Shown here: one piece after another, positions 19,891 through 30,880 of the stretch
Layout: the number at the start of each line of letters is the position of its first letter
How positions within the stretch are numbered: the stretch's first letter is position 1
Sequence record: NZ_CP067423.1
DNA: 64,000 bases
DNA from: a plasmid
Reading direction: 5' to 3' (one strand)
Made by a program: the position numbers and the translations under genes
Notes under the pieces: model-generated
Told to the model about the DNA's origin: nothing
The model's input: the letters and a program-made list of their open reading frames with translations, nothing else
Database searches by the model: none

Positions 19891-20775
19891 ATGGCGCTCA
19901 TCGGCTATGCCCGCGTTTCGACCGACGAGCAGACCACTGCCGCCCAAATGGACGCGCTGCGCGCCGCCGGCTGCACGGAAGTCTTCGAGGAGAAGGCTTC
20001 CGGCGCCTCCCGCGCCCGGCCGGAGCTGGCGCGAGCCCTAGCCCGTATTGGTCGCGGCGACACGCTGGTTATCTGGAAGCTGGACCGGCTTGGCCGCTCC
20101 CTGTCGCACCTGCTGGAGGTGATCGAGGATCTGCGCGACCGCGGCTCTCACTTCCGCTGCCTGACCAGCCCGATCGATACCGCCAGCCCGCACGGGACGC
20201 TGGTGCTCCAGATGCTGGGCGCCGTAGCGGAGTACGAGCGCTCGCTCATCCGCGAGCGGACACGGGCCGGGCTTAAGGCGGCCAAGGCGCGGGGCAGGGT
20301 CGGGGGTAACCCCAAGCTCAAACGGGGCGACAATGCAGCGGCGCGGCGTCTGGCCGACCGGCAGCGGCAGCTGTATCTGCTGGACTTGACCCGCACGGCC
20401 GAGGAGTGGTTGCCCACCGTACGGCGGCTGCGGCCGGTGCGCTCCTGGGCAGCGGTGACTCGTGCCGTGAACGCCAAGCTGCCGCCCGCCCGCCACTGGA
20501 CGGTCGAGCGCCTGCGCCGCGCCGTGCGCACCTTCGTCGCGGAAGGACTGGCGGAGCGGATGCTGTTGGACAAGGTGCCGTCGGTCCGCGGCGACGATCG
20601 GCTTATGGTGCTGGTCGCCGGCATCGCCCGGGCGAATCCGAAGCTGTCGCTGCGCGCCATTGGGGCCCAGTTGGAGGCGATGCGCGAGACCACGCCGCGG
20701 GGTGGCCGCACCTGGGCGGCTGGGTCGGTCAAAAGCCTGCTGGATCGCGCCCGTGCTCAAGGGTTGCTGGCCGTA
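19891..20775 (+). CDS. serine recombinase (resolvase/invertase family with long C-terminal extension), 3' end replaced by an ISAzo13 insertion
   Basis: N-terminus MALIGYARVSTDEQ with catalytic Ser and GDTLVIWKLDRLGRS. The ORF runs into the IS terminal repeat; the last 24 codons are IS-derived. Confidence 0.75.
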
Positions 20776-22100
20776 AGGAGACGCGCAGGAATAATTAAGA
20801 CATATTGGTGTGATGTTTCCGGTGTAGGCTATGATCTTCGCTGGTGATTGCCATATCGGGCGGCATGATTGATGAGCATGCGATACGAGAGCGGTACGAG
20901 GCGATCCGGGACCAGTTGGACGAGCGTGGACGACGCCTGTTTGCGGCGGCTGAGGCAAGGTCTGCGGGACGCGGTGGGGTGGTGGCCGTGTCGCGGGCAA
21001 CCGGTCTGGCGCGCGGCACCGTCGAGCGGGGGCTGAAGGATCTTGACCAGCCAGCGCCGCCCGGCGGGCGTGTCCGCCGGGCCGGGAGCGGGCGGCGGCG
21101 CCTGACAGCCAAGGATCCAACGCTGCTGGAGGACCTGCGTCGCCTGGTCGAGCCGGTCACGCTCGGAGACCCGATGAGACCGCTGCTGTGGGTCTCCAAG
21201 AGCCACGTCAAGCTGGCCAAAGCACTGCAGAAGATGGGTCACGCGGTCAGCCCGAATACGGTGCGCAAGCTGTTGCACCAGCTCGGCTATGGCCGCCGGG
21301 CCAATCGCAAGGCCAATGATGGACGCCAGCATGCCGACCGTGACGCTCAGTTCGAGCACATCAATGCCCGGGTCCTGGCCTTTCAGGCCGAGGATCAGCC
21401 GGTGATCTCGGTCGACACCAAGAAGAAGGAGCTGGTCGGTAACTACACCAACAAGGGCACCGAGTACCGCCCCGAAGGCCAGCCACGGCGGACCGAAGTT
21501 CATGACTTCGAGAACAAGGACCTCGGCAAGGTCGTGCCCTACGGCGTCTACGATCTGGCCGACAACAGCGGCTGGGTCAGCCTCGGCGTGACCAGCGACA
21601 CCGCCGAGTTCGCGGTCAACGCCATCCGCTCCTGGTTCGACAACAAAGGTCGCGACCTCTATCCCGCGGCCTCCCGGCTGATGATCACGGCCGACTGCGG
21701 CGGCTCCAATGGAGCTCGCGTGCGGCTGTGGAAGCGTGAGCTTCAGGACCTGGCCGACCAGACCGGGCTGACGATCTCGGTGTGCCACTTCCCGCCCGGA
21801 ACCTCGAAGTGGAACAGGATCGAGCATCGCCTTTTCTGCCATATCACGCAAAACTGGCGTGGCCATCCCTTGACCAGCCGCCTGGCCGTGATCGAACTGA
21901 TCGCCGCTACCACCACAACGACCGGCCTGACGGTCGAGTGCGAACTGGACACCAACACTTACCAGAAGGGTGTCAAGGTCACCGCCGCTGAAATGGCCAC
22001 CCTCAACATTGAGCGCGACGGCTTTCATCCGGAATGGAACTACACCATCGCGCCGCGCCACATACCTCATAACTGATCCAGTTATTTATGCGCGTCTCCT
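20776..22100 (+). mobile_element. ISAzo13-family insertion sequence (about 1.3 kb)
   Basis: Terminal inverted repeats AGGAGACGCGCA at 20776-20787 and 22089-22100 (reverse complement). It encloses one transposase gene. Both flanking genes (recombinase and tniQ) lose their 3' ends to it. Confidence 0.7.
20865..22076 (+). CDS. ISAzo13-family DDE transposase
   Basis: Motif ISVDTKKKELVGNYTNKG and the overall ISAzo13-type layout. Confidence 0.75.
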   Translation: MIDEHAIRERYEAIRDQLDERGRRLFAAAEARSAGRGGVVAVSRATGLARGTVERGLKDLDQPAPPGGRVRRAGSGRRRLTAKDPTLLEDLRRLVEPVTLGDPMRPLLWVSKSHVKLAKALQKMGHAVSPNTVRKLLHQLGYGRRANRKANDGRQHADRDAQFEHINARVLAFQAEDQPVISVDTKKKELVGNYTNKGTEYRPEGQPRRTEVHDFENKDLGKVVPYGVYDLADNSGWVSLGVTSDTAEFAVNAIRSWFDNKGRDLYPAASRLMITADCGGSNGARVRLWKRELQDLADQTGLTISVCHFPPGTSKWNRIEHRLFCHITQNWRGHPLTSRLAVIELIAATTTTTGLTVECELDTNTYQKGVKVTAAEMATLNIERDGFHPEWNYTIAPRHIPHN

Positions 22101-23050
22101 AAGTCCGCCCCCGGTGTCAGCATCAGAGCCATCGGACCTTCCATCCAATCCGTGACGAGCGATTGCGCATAATCGATGGCAAGCGCCGCGACCAACATCA
22201 CTTGCACCTTATGGGCATGGCTCAGGAACTCATAGGGAAGTTCCCGCACGGCTCCCCAGGGCTGGCGGAACCCGGCCTCGGTCCAGAGATCGGCAACCCG
22301 GTTTCCCAACGCCGAGGTGTCCTGGGCGAAGCGGCACACCTCCTCCAGGGCGGCGCGCAGCAGCCGGACCCAGGTTCCGCCCTCGATCATGGTATGCGTC
22401 AAGGCGACGGAGCCGCGCGTGACCGCCTCCAGGGTCAAGGTGTCCAGCCGCACAAGCGAGGCGTCGGGGCGGCCCCGGGCGATTGCCGGCGCGGTCGGCA
22501 TCCAGCCGCGCCCCGGCCAGACAAGGACCCGGCGCAGGAAGGTGCCATGCCGGGGGCAGGTGAGCATCCAGGGGAGATCCCAGATGAACCGCCGATAGGG
22601 GAGCGGATCCTCTTCGAGGCACCCGACGCAGCCCCATTGACCGATCCATTGCGTGTCGATCCAGGGCGCAGTCTCCTTGCGCGCACCCGGCCGCCCGAGC
22701 CTTGTCAGCAGCCCGAACCGGTCGATGCAGTGTGCAAGATTGGCTTGCGGAAAGGCGAAACCGTCCAGCAGTACCGGCACCAGCGACACCGGCGTCATGG
22801 CTCGGATCGTCTCAAACGAATAGCCTGTTTTGTCCGACAACCATGCCAGATCATCTGCCTGTGGCGCGGCACCGGCGAGCGGCCACCCACCGGTCAGACG
22901 GTGGTGACGTCCGAGAAGCTCCACAATCACCAAGCCATAGACGCTGGCCATGCGCTGCAGCCAACTCGTCAGGATCTCTCCTGGCAGAGGCGGCGGAACG
23001 ACCGGCCAGGGACCAGGTGCGTCGCGGTCCTCGGCCGGATCTGCCTTCAC
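22082..23050 (-). CDS. tniQ: TniQ (TnsD-like) transposition target-selection protein, 3' end truncated by ISAzo13
   Basis: N-terminal PPLPGEILTSWLQRMASVYGL TniQ signature. GTG start overlaps the tniB stop (GTGA). The last codons lie inside the IS terminal repeat. Confidence 0.7.
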   Translation of the reverse strand: MKADPAEDRDAPGPWPVVPPPLPGEILTSWLQRMASVYGLVIVELLGRHHRLTGGWPLAGAAPQADDLAWLSDKTGYSFETIRAMTPVSLVPVLLDGFAFPQANLAHCIDRFGLLTRLGRPGARKETAPWIDTQWIGQWGCVGCLEEDPLPYRRFIWDLPWMLTCPRHGTFLRRVLVWPGRGWMPTAPAIARGRPDASLVRLDTLTLEAVTRGSVALTHTMIEGGTWVRLLRAALEEVCRFAQDTSALGNRVADLWTEAGFRQPWGAVRELPYEFLSHAHKVQVMLVAALAIDYAQSLVTDWMEGPMALMLTPGADLGDAHK

Positions 23051-23919
23051 GATGGCGCCGGAGCCTGGCAATGCTGCAGGACATCCGCGGCGGTGATGCG
23101 CTCCTCGCCGGAGCGGATTGCGTGGATGCCCAGCTCCGCCAAGGTGCCGAACACAGTGGCGGCGACGCCGTCGCCGTGGGTGGCCAGCGCCTTGACCGCG
23201 CGCACGGTCATCACCGAGGGGCGGCGCAGGGGCAGCCACCGCAGCACGCTGCCAACCAACGTGTCGAACTCCGGTCCTGGGTCCCAGCACGGCAGCTCGA
23301 CCGAGCGGAACCGGCGCGCCAGCTGGCGGTCATGGAACAGCGCCTCGCGGGCATCGCGCGTGCCGAACAAGGCCAGTGGGACTTGAAGCGTATTGGAGAG
23401 ATGCCGGATCACGGCCAGCATCGTCCGCTGCTGCCGCACCGAGCCCAGCAGCATGTTATGCGCCTCGTCCACCAGGATCTGCCGGACGCCGATCATGCGG
23501 TAAAGCTGGATCACCCGGTCTGCCAGGCGTGGAACCGGCGATCTGGTCGCGGCCGGCGGCGTCCCGATCGCAGCCAACAGGGCCTCGTAGAACCAGCGCA
23601 CGTCGCAGACCGGGGGCATCTCCACAGCGACGACCGGTGTCCGGCGGATGCCGGCCGCCAGGTCGGCCACGATAGGATGCTGCCGCAGATGCCGGTGCAG
23701 GATCGTGGTCTTGCCTTGGCCGGGGTCTCCCCAGACCAGCAGGTTAGGGGCAGCGACGGCTCCGGCCCCGGCCAGTTGCTCCTCCATGAGATCAAGCACC
23801 TGCCGACAGCGTGGGTATTCCATGAACCACCGCCGTCGCATCCACGCAATCCGCTCAACGTCCGGAAGCCGGGCCGTATCGTGTGCCTCCGGCGTCAGAT
23901 GCCCGTAGCCATCAGCCAT
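23047..23919 (-). CDS. tniB: TniB AAA+ ATPase (Tn402/Tn5053-type transposition)
   Basis: Walker A GDPGQGKTT and Walker B ILVDEAHN. Confidence 0.85.
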   Translation of the reverse strand: MADGYGHLTPEAHDTARLPDVERIAWMRRRWFMEYPRCRQVLDLMEEQLAGAGAVAAPNLLVWGDPGQGKTTILHRHLRQHPIVADLAAGIRRTPVVAVEMPPVCDVRWFYEALLAAIGTPPAATRSPVPRLADRVIQLYRMIGVRQILVDEAHNMLLGSVRQQRTMLAVIRHLSNTLQVPLALFGTRDAREALFHDRQLARRFRSVELPCWDPGPEFDTLVGSVLRWLPLRRPSVMTVRAVKALATHGDGVAATVFGTLAELGIHAIRSGEERITAADVLQHCQAPAPS

Positions 23920-25564
23920 CGCCAGAATCCGCCTCGTAGTACGGCAGCAGGAGCGGTGCATCCTCATCCACATCGGCGTCCGGCGCGGAGCACCCGATGG
24001 CAGGGAACAGCAGATCGCGCATCGGCCGCGCACCACTGCGAGCGAGTGCCAGTCTCGCTTTCCGACTGCGGCCGCGCGCTTCCTCCAGCGTTTTGCGCCG
24101 GGCGAGGATCATGTCGAACACCATCCCCTCATCCACGCCGGCACGGCCCTGCCGCCGCAAGACGCGGACCGCGGCGCGGTGCTCCCACAGCGAAATGGCG
24201 GGACGGCGCAGATTGCGGTACGCGACTTGAAGATAGCCGCCGGCTGCCCCGCGGACATGCACCTGGGCCAGGTTGGCCGGGTCATAGTGCACCATGACCT
24301 TTCGGCGGTCGTGCAGCAGCGGCAGCAGGGCGTCATGCCAGTAGCGGATTCCAAACATGTGGATGCCGTCGCGCTGCACCGTCCGCTCCTGCCAGGGCAG
24401 GAAGTCGTAATGGAACTCCCGCAGGTCGGGCGGCAAGCGCGGGGTCGCGCCGGCAGTCAGTTCCCGCCATCGGGCGATTGGTGCCGTGGCGATCGCGCTG
24501 TGGAAGCTGGCGTTGTGTTCGAGAATGATGCTCGCCACCATCCACTCGATCTCGGTGATGGTGAGGCAGGCGTTGCCCTCGGCGTCGTAGGCGCCGCGCT
24601 CCTGGATATTGGAGAAGGTCGAGCCGTCCAGGAGGTGCAGCTCCTGCGAGAGATGGCCGAGACGCCGCTCGACATGGCCGCCGAAGTGCGGCCGCCGCAC
24701 CGGCCTGTGCCGAACGGCGATACCGTAATCCTCGCAGGCACGGGTAAAGGCGCGCGAGTGGAATTCCTTGCCGTTGTCGACATGGATGGTCTCGGGCAGG
24801 CCGCAGACCGGCCAAGCAGCTGGCAGCTTCCGGTCCTCCAGCCACGCTCCCTTGTCCATGACGGCGTGCAGCAGGCAACAGGCGACACTTGTGGCCGAGG
24901 GAGGATCGAAGGTGAGATGGAAGCCTGCATACATCCGCGAGCAGACGTCGATGGCGAGCGTGATGAAGGGGCGCCCGATAGGCTCCAGCGTCTCCGGCTC
25001 GACGGCGATAACGTCGGCCGGCGTGTGGTCGACCTGCAGCAATTCCAGCGGCCGCTCCGCCCGACAGGCGCCCAGCACCGGATCAAAGGCGTCGGCGGCT
25101 GCTTTGGGGCCGTGCCGCCGCCGTGTGCTCTCGCGGCGGCTGATGCTCGCCAGGCGCTTGGTGACGGTCTCTCGGTCGGGAGCGGGGAGCGCGGCGGCGT
25201 GGCAGCGCGCCTGGATGTCGCGGGTGAGCTTGGCCTTGCTTGGGCGCAGTTGCTGCAGATAGTTGTTCTGGATTTCGTCGGCGACGATCGCTTCGACCTG
25301 CGGGTCAAGATGTCGGCCGCCTGGGCTTGGACCCGGACGACGGGGCAGGAGTGACCGCGTCCGCGGATCCGCCCTGTAGACACGCAGCAGGCGATACAGG
25401 TAGCCGAGGCTGATCGCCAATTCCTCAGCCGCGGCGGACGCCAGCTCGATGCTCGGGCCGGACCTTTCGGCCTGTTGGATGAGACGCCGCAGGACAGCTT
25501 CCCGTGCTCGCGCCACCGCCCAGTGGTCGTCATCGGCTTGGTCCGGGGCGGGCGGGTGCTTCAC
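23912..25564 (-). CDS. tniA: TniA/TnsB-like Mu-type DDE transposase
   Basis: 550-aa protein with an rve-type core (LQVDHTPADV...HVDNGKEF) and a Mu-transposase C-terminal region. Confidence 0.85.
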   Translation of the reverse strand: MKHPPAPDQADDDHWAVARAREAVLRRLIQQAERSGPSIELASAAAEELAISLGYLYRLLRVYRADPRTRSLLPRRPGPSPGGRHLDPQVEAIVADEIQNNYLQQLRPSKAKLTRDIQARCHAAALPAPDRETVTKRLASISRRESTRRRHGPKAAADAFDPVLGACRAERPLELLQVDHTPADVIAVEPETLEPIGRPFITLAIDVCSRMYAGFHLTFDPPSATSVACCLLHAVMDKGAWLEDRKLPAAWPVCGLPETIHVDNGKEFHSRAFTRACEDYGIAVRHRPVRRPHFGGHVERRLGHLSQELHLLDGSTFSNIQERGAYDAEGNACLTITEIEWMVASIILEHNASFHSAIATAPIARWRELTAGATPRLPPDLREFHYDFLPWQERTVQRDGIHMFGIRYWHDALLPLLHDRRKVMVHYDPANLAQVHVRGAAGGYLQVAYRNLRRPAISLWEHRAAVRVLRRQGRAGVDEGMVFDMILARRKTLEEARGRSRKARLALARSGARPMRDLLFPAIGCSAPDADVDEDAPLLLPYYEADSGDG

Positions 25565-25756
25565 GTCGTCTCACCGGATCTGTCCAGCAGGAGTGAACAG
25601 ATCCATCCCACGGTTCCACCGAACCGCCCAGCAGGGCATTGTGTGTAAGCCTTGGGAGCCCTCAGCTCCTGTTGAACTCAACTATCCAGCAGTGACAGCC
25701 GTGGAGCCGTGCTGCGGCCGGAACCCAGGGCGAAACAGTACAAAGGAGCAGGGATC

Positions 25757-26476
25757 ATGGCCATCGTCGGGTATGCGCGCGTCTCCACCGAGGACCAGTC
25801 GACCGAGGCGCAGATCCTCGACCTCAGAAAGTTCGGCTGTACCGAGATCTTCCGGGAAAACGCCTCGGGTGCTGACCGCGAGCGCCCGCAGCTAAAGGCC
25901 GTCCTGAGCCGGGTCAGGAAGGGCGATACCCTGGTCGTCGTGCGCATCGACCGCCTGGCCCGCTCGCTTGCCCATCTGCTGGACGTCATCGACACCCTGG
26001 AGCGCAGGGACGTGGCCTTCAAGTCACTGGGCGACCCGATCGACACCGGCAGCCCGCAGGGCAAGTTCACCCTGCAGATCCTCGGCGCGGTGGCGGAGTT
26101 CGAACGCTCCCTGATCCGCGAGCGCACCAAGGCCGGCGTGCGGGCCGCCAAGGCGATCGGCAAGAAACCGGGTAACCCCGGCCTGATTGCCAAAGACCCG
26201 CTCTCCCGGCGCCGCGTCGCCCGGGCTCGGGATGATCGCCTGACCGAGCGGGTCATCGCCGGCGCCGACGAGTTCCTTCCCATTGTGCAACGTCTTCGGC
26301 CCGGCCACCCCTGGGACCGTGTCGTGGATGTCCTCAACACGGCGGTGAAGAAGCGCCCCGGCGACAATCCGGCGCCGTGGACGCGCGATGCGCTGATCCG
26401 CGCGGTGCGCCGTCTGGTCGCCGACGGCCTGGCCGATCCCGGCGTGCTGAAAGCCGCCCCGCGCCGCTCCAGAAAG
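25757..26476 (+). CDS. serine recombinase (paralog of 19891-20775), 3' end truncated by IS26-like insertion
   Basis: MAIVGYARVSTEDQ with catalytic Ser. Same architecture as the first recombinase but about 70 aa shorter; the reading frame runs into the IS left end at 26477. Confidence 0.75.
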
Positions 26477-27445
26477 GGGTTTTGTCAGATCTCAGGGCAG
26501 CTTGCCGAGAGCGCTTGCAGCGGATAGGTTCCCGAGCCCATTTTGAGAGATCAAGAGAGCCGCCATGGACTGCCCGCACTGCCGCTCGTCGGCGACTACG
26601 GAGCGGGAGGGGCGAACGGTTCATGGCTTCCGGCGGTTTCGGTGCCGGGATTGTGGGCGGCGGTTCAACGAGCGGACCGGCACGGCGCTGAACCGGGTCC
26701 AGGTCCCGACGGACATCGTGTTTCTCGTGGTCTTCTGGAGATTGCGCTACAAGCTGAGCCTGCGTGATCTGGCGGAGATGTTCCTGATCCGGGGCATCGT
26801 GTTCACCCACGAGGCGGTGCGAGATTGGGAAGCCAAACTGGCGCCACTGCTCAGTGAGGGCCTACGTAAGCGGCGGGCTGGCAAAGCCGGCCGCTGCTGG
26901 CACGTCGACGAGACGTATCTCAAAGTCGCCGGCAAATGGTGCTATCTCTACCGGGCGATCGATCGCGACGGTAACCTGGTCGACGTCTACCTCAGCAAAA
27001 GCCGCGACATGGCAGCGGCCAAGGCTTTCCTTCGTTCCGCCAGGTCGGTCACCCAGGTCGAGCCCGAGCAGGTCACAACCGACGGCCATACCAGCTACCC
27101 TAAGGCCATAACCGACGAACTCGGCACGGACGTCGATCACCGCACCAGTCAGTACAAAAACAACGTGATCGAGCAGAATCACCGGAGCATAAAAGCACGC
27201 TATCGACCGATGCGCGGCTTCAAGAATTTTGATGCGGCTCATCGCTTCTGCCGCGCCTTCGACGAGGTCCACAACTTCCTGCGATCGGCCAGCTACATCA
27301 ACCAGAACGTCTCCCTCGCCCGCCGCCGGACCATCCACGTGCAGCGGGTGGCCGCGTTGCGGGATCTGATCTCCGTCGCATAATACAGCTTCTGGTAGTC
27401 AGACGCTTGTTCAATGCTCAACTTGCCCCGAAAGCTGACAGATCC
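26477..27445 (+). mobile_element. IS6 family (IS26-like) insertion sequence, copy 1 (969 bp)
   Basis: Identical over its full length to 35158-36126. Imperfect terminal inverted repeats GGTTTTGTCAGATCTCAGGGCAGCTTG / GGATCTGTCAGCTTTCGGGGCAAGTTG (reverse complement). Confidence 0.85.
26565..27383 (+). CDS. IS6 family transposase
   Basis: 272-aa protein with a zinc finger (CPHC...CRDC) and an IS6 DDE domain. Confidence 0.9.
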   Translation: MDCPHCRSSATTEREGRTVHGFRRFRCRDCGRRFNERTGTALNRVQVPTDIVFLVVFWRLRYKLSLRDLAEMFLIRGIVFTHEAVRDWEAKLAPLLSEGLRKRRAGKAGRCWHVDETYLKVAGKWCYLYRAIDRDGNLVDVYLSKSRDMAAAKAFLRSARSVTQVEPEQVTTDGHTSYPKAITDELGTDVDHRTSQYKNNVIEQNHRSIKARYRPMRGFKNFDAAHRFCRAFDEVHNFLRSASYINQNVSLARRRTIHVQRVAALRDLISVA

Positions 27446-27625
27446 GCCAGCGGCGCAGACCGGCGATCTCCATGGCGCGCAGCCCGGCCTTGACCGAAAG
27501 CAAGACCACGACCTTGTCGCGGTGCGGGTAGCGCCGGCGCTCATCGCACCAGCGCAGCATGGCCGCGACCGCGGTGTCGGTCAGGATCTTCGCCTGCTTG
27601 CCCGCCATGTGACAGCATTCCCAAG

Positions 27626-30600
27626 TCAAACCACGCCCGTATGATCACCGGACCCGCTCCTGCCGTCAAGGGGGCGAAGTCTTTGGAATCGCACGTTTTT
27701 CCGCATGTGCGCTTTTTCCGCAACTCGACACCTAAAAGTACCTATTTGCCGAGTGGCGGTTTTGATTTCGGCCACCAGCCGCTCAGCCGTACGCCGCGAC
27801 GTGGCGATATGAGGCACCTGTTCGGCCAGGAACGCAGCCGACAGCGGCAGCACTCCCCATTCGTTCCTGGCATGGGCGATCAGCCGTTCGACGGCGGTTC
27901 CGCCGTCCAGCAGCTCGTTCAGGGTCAGCAGGGTATCGACCTCAATGCCCGGCAGCGGCAGGTTGCTCAGGATGAACACCTCGCGGTCGGCACGGCCATG
28001 GATCAGGCGCAGTCGATCGAGGGCCTGGGCCATGCCGCGCTCGCGTTTGGCTTCGGTGCAGACCTGCACACGATGGTCGTCGTGCTCGTACACCCCCACC
28101 GGCACCGCCGGGCCGTGGCGCATGCGGTGACAGCGGGTTACCCTCCGGTACCGGCCAGTCAGGTTCAGAGGGATAGGGTCATCACAGTGTATCGCGCGGG
28201 CCTGCTGTTCGGCGGCACTCGCCGACATTTCCTCGCGGCCCAGCAGCACCACGGCATCGTAGTGCTTCCACGCGTCGATGCCCAGGATGGCGCCGTAGTG
28301 TGTCCAGGTGGCGCCGCCGAACTCGACCGACACCGGGATCTTGCCGGACCCTTCACCGGTAAATGCGGTACGTACCGGCTTGTTGGTCACCACCAGCACC
28401 TTCCCGCCTTTGGCCTTGCGTGAAATCCAGGCCAGGATGCGGGCGCGAAGGGCCTGGGTGTGCTCGACCTGCCGGTCAGTCGGCGTGCTGAACACCGCCT
28501 CCGGAGCGATGTAGGATTTCGCCAGCGTGGCGTTCCTGATCTGGGTAACCCGACCCAGGCGCCGTGCCATGATCTCGCGTCCGGCCAGATTGGAGCCGAA
28601 CAGGATGCGGTTGGTGGCGAGGTCGGCGTCGGCATCGATAATCAGGAGCGGAATGCCCTTCGGCACGGCCTTGGGCGCTGAGTGGCGATGCAGGTGGAGG
28701 TCACCGTCGCGGTAGCTGACGCCGTGGGCGATGTCGCGCGGGTGGCGCAGCTCGCGGGCGAGCTGGCGAACGATGCGGCCGACGATTTTGCCCTGGTGAA
28801 GTTTAAGCTTTTCCGTAACTTCCTCGATGGCCTTGTCCGACATAGCCGGAGAAATATCCGGCCCGATATCGGTTGGCTCGGCCCAGCGTGCCAGGGTGTC
28901 GAGCTGCTTCCTGTTGAGTTTTGCGTCCCGGATCGCAGCCAGCATGGGGGCACCGCTGGTAATAGCAACCAGCAGGCGGGCACCCAGCGCGGCGGCATCG
29001 TCCTGTTCGTTGGTCAGGGCTGCGCTCTGGTAGGTTGCCGGTTCGGCCAGAAGGGCGGCGCCAACCGTTGCCGAGGTCAGCAGCGTCCGGGTCGAATCCT
29101 CGTCGATAACGGCCAGATCTGCGGCCGGAAATCCGAGCGGCTTGCCCAGGGTAAGGTGGTCATGGACGAACAGGTGCAGGCCGGCACCCTGGTTCAGATA
29201 GTTGTTGATGTACTCGCACCCCTTGAAGTGGGGGCACATGGTGTCGCCGCGCATGCACAGGGCTGAGAACACGGAGGGCACTTTGCCGGCCAGCTTGCGG
29301 GCGGTCCGATGCCGGACGCAGGGCGCATTGCCGATTTCCGCTTCGTGGTCGCGGCCACGGTGGAGCACGACCAGTGGCGCTGGCCAGACATCCCTGGTCA
29401 GGTCCTTCATGGCGCTTTCGAAGCCGCGCGCCAGGGCAACGGTTGGAAAGAAGCCGTGAAACTGGCGGTTCCAGAGCTTCGGGTGGCGCAGGTAGGCTTC
29501 CCGCACGCCTGACGATTTGCCGAGACCAGCAGCGGCGGCAAGCTGGAGCCGGGGCGGGCGCTTCAGGTCGATGCCGGGATAAGTGCGGGCAACGGCCCGA
29601 TCGATGGTGCGCCTGGCATCCCGCTTGTCACGGGCGGACATGCCATCGGTAATGAAGGCATCGCACTGATCCCTGGTATAGTCGCAAGCCTCCAGCCAGC
29701 GTTCGGCCTGTGTCATCCAGTCTTCCAGCAGGATCTGGAGTTCGGCGTACGCGGTGGTGGCATCCACCGTCGTTGCCGGCCAGTGCGGCACCGGTTTGGG
29801 GGAGGTATCGGTGTTGGTCGACTTATCGGGGGTGGGGCTGCTGGGCGGCAGCACCGGCACGGCGCCGTCCAGCATGGCGCGCACGGCATCGAGGCCCTGG
29901 GTGCGCAACAGGTCGTTGGCGTCCTTTACGTCGGCGGGTGGACGGGCGATCCAGACGTTACAGCCGGCAGCGGCCAGCACCTTGCACGTTTCGGCAAGAG
30001 ACTTCGCGGCCCTGCTGTCCGGGGAATCGTTCTGGGCGGCAATGACGATGCGGCGCTCTGCCGGTACCGAGTCGACCAGGCGCTTCAAGCCACCGAAGGC
30101 AACGCCAACCATGGCGTCGGGTCGGGCGGCATACAAAGTGATGCCATCCTCCGGACCTTCGCCGCAGATCACGTCACCGTCGCCATCGGACAGCCAACCG
30201 ATGGCATGGTTGAGGCTGAGGGAGCCAGCTGACAGCTTGGCGACACCATCGCGCTTGTCGCCATCGGCCTTGAGGCGAACAGCCTGGAAGCCGTGAACCT
30301 TGCCGGTCAGATCGGTTGCCGATATTAGAAGCGCGGGTGCGGTGGTGTAGGAATCCGGCTTTGCCTTATGGCCGGAGTGGAAGCGAATGCGGCCGGTACG
30401 CTCGAGAGTATCAACTACATCGGCCGGAATGCCACGGAACTTCACCAGATAGGTTTCGGCAAGGGTGCCGGTGATGCTCCTGGCAGCAGCCCACTGCTGG
30501 CTGGCGAAGATGGACGGATCAGCTTCGTGCTGGGTCGGCTTCGCCTTGCGCTGGGCGATCACCGGAAATTGGACACGCTCTTTCAGGGCATGTTCCAGGG

Positions 30601-30880
30601 CGTCGATGAATCCCATGCCGGTTTGATGCTGGATCAGGGCGATCATGTCGCCCTTGGTGCCAGCCTCCCAGTCAACCCAGGTGCCGGCATGCTTGCTGGC
30701 GAAGTTGACCTTCAGGCTTCCTTTGGCACCGAATCGGGCGTGGGTGCTGGTAATGCTGGTCGGCTTGCCGTGGTACTCGGCGGCGATTTCAAGGGCACGG
30801 TCGGCAATGCGGCGGCGTTGTTCGTCAGTTACGCGCGCAGGATCGCCTTCCGCCCTGATCGAGCGGTTGGGGTATCCCAT
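27626..30880 (-). CDS. large Toprim-domain primase-like protein (plasmid/ICE primase-helicase-type multidomain protein)
   Basis: 1084-aa protein from ATG 30880-30878. Toprim-like region (ICGEGPEDGITLYAA...IVIAAQNDSPDS...DANDLL). The long C-terminal region is uncharacterised. Confidence 0.55.
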   Translation of the reverse strand: MGYPNRSIRAEGDPARVTDEQRRRIADRALEIAAEYHGKPTSITSTHARFGAKGSLKVNFASKHAGTWVDWEAGTKGDMIALIQHQTGMGFIDALEHALKERVQFPVIAQRKAKPTQHEADPSIFASQQWAAARSITGTLAETYLVKFRGIPADVVDTLERTGRIRFHSGHKAKPDSYTTAPALLISATDLTGKVHGFQAVRLKADGDKRDGVAKLSAGSLSLNHAIGWLSDGDGDVICGEGPEDGITLYAARPDAMVGVAFGGLKRLVDSVPAERRIVIAAQNDSPDSRAAKSLAETCKVLAAAGCNVWIARPPADVKDANDLLRTQGLDAVRAMLDGAVPVLPPSSPTPDKSTNTDTSPKPVPHWPATTVDATTAYAELQILLEDWMTQAERWLEACDYTRDQCDAFITDGMSARDKRDARRTIDRAVARTYPGIDLKRPPRLQLAAAAGLGKSSGVREAYLRHPKLWNRQFHGFFPTVALARGFESAMKDLTRDVWPAPLVVLHRGRDHEAEIGNAPCVRHRTARKLAGKVPSVFSALCMRGDTMCPHFKGCEYINNYLNQGAGLHLFVHDHLTLGKPLGFPAADLAVIDEDSTRTLLTSATVGAALLAEPATYQSAALTNEQDDAAALGARLLVAITSGAPMLAAIRDAKLNRKQLDTLARWAEPTDIGPDISPAMSDKAIEEVTEKLKLHQGKIVGRIVRQLARELRHPRDIAHGVSYRDGDLHLHRHSAPKAVPKGIPLLIIDADADLATNRILFGSNLAGREIMARRLGRVTQIRNATLAKSYIAPEAVFSTPTDRQVEHTQALRARILAWISRKAKGGKVLVVTNKPVRTAFTGEGSGKIPVSVEFGGATWTHYGAILGIDAWKHYDAVVLLGREEMSASAAEQQARAIHCDDPIPLNLTGRYRRVTRCHRMRHGPAVPVGVYEHDDHRVQVCTEAKRERGMAQALDRLRLIHGRADREVFILSNLPLPGIEVDTLLTLNELLDGGTAVERLIAHARNEWGVLPLSAAFLAEQVPHIATSRRTAERLVAEIKTATRQIGTFRCRVAEKAHMRKNVRFQRLRPLDGRSGSGDHTGVV

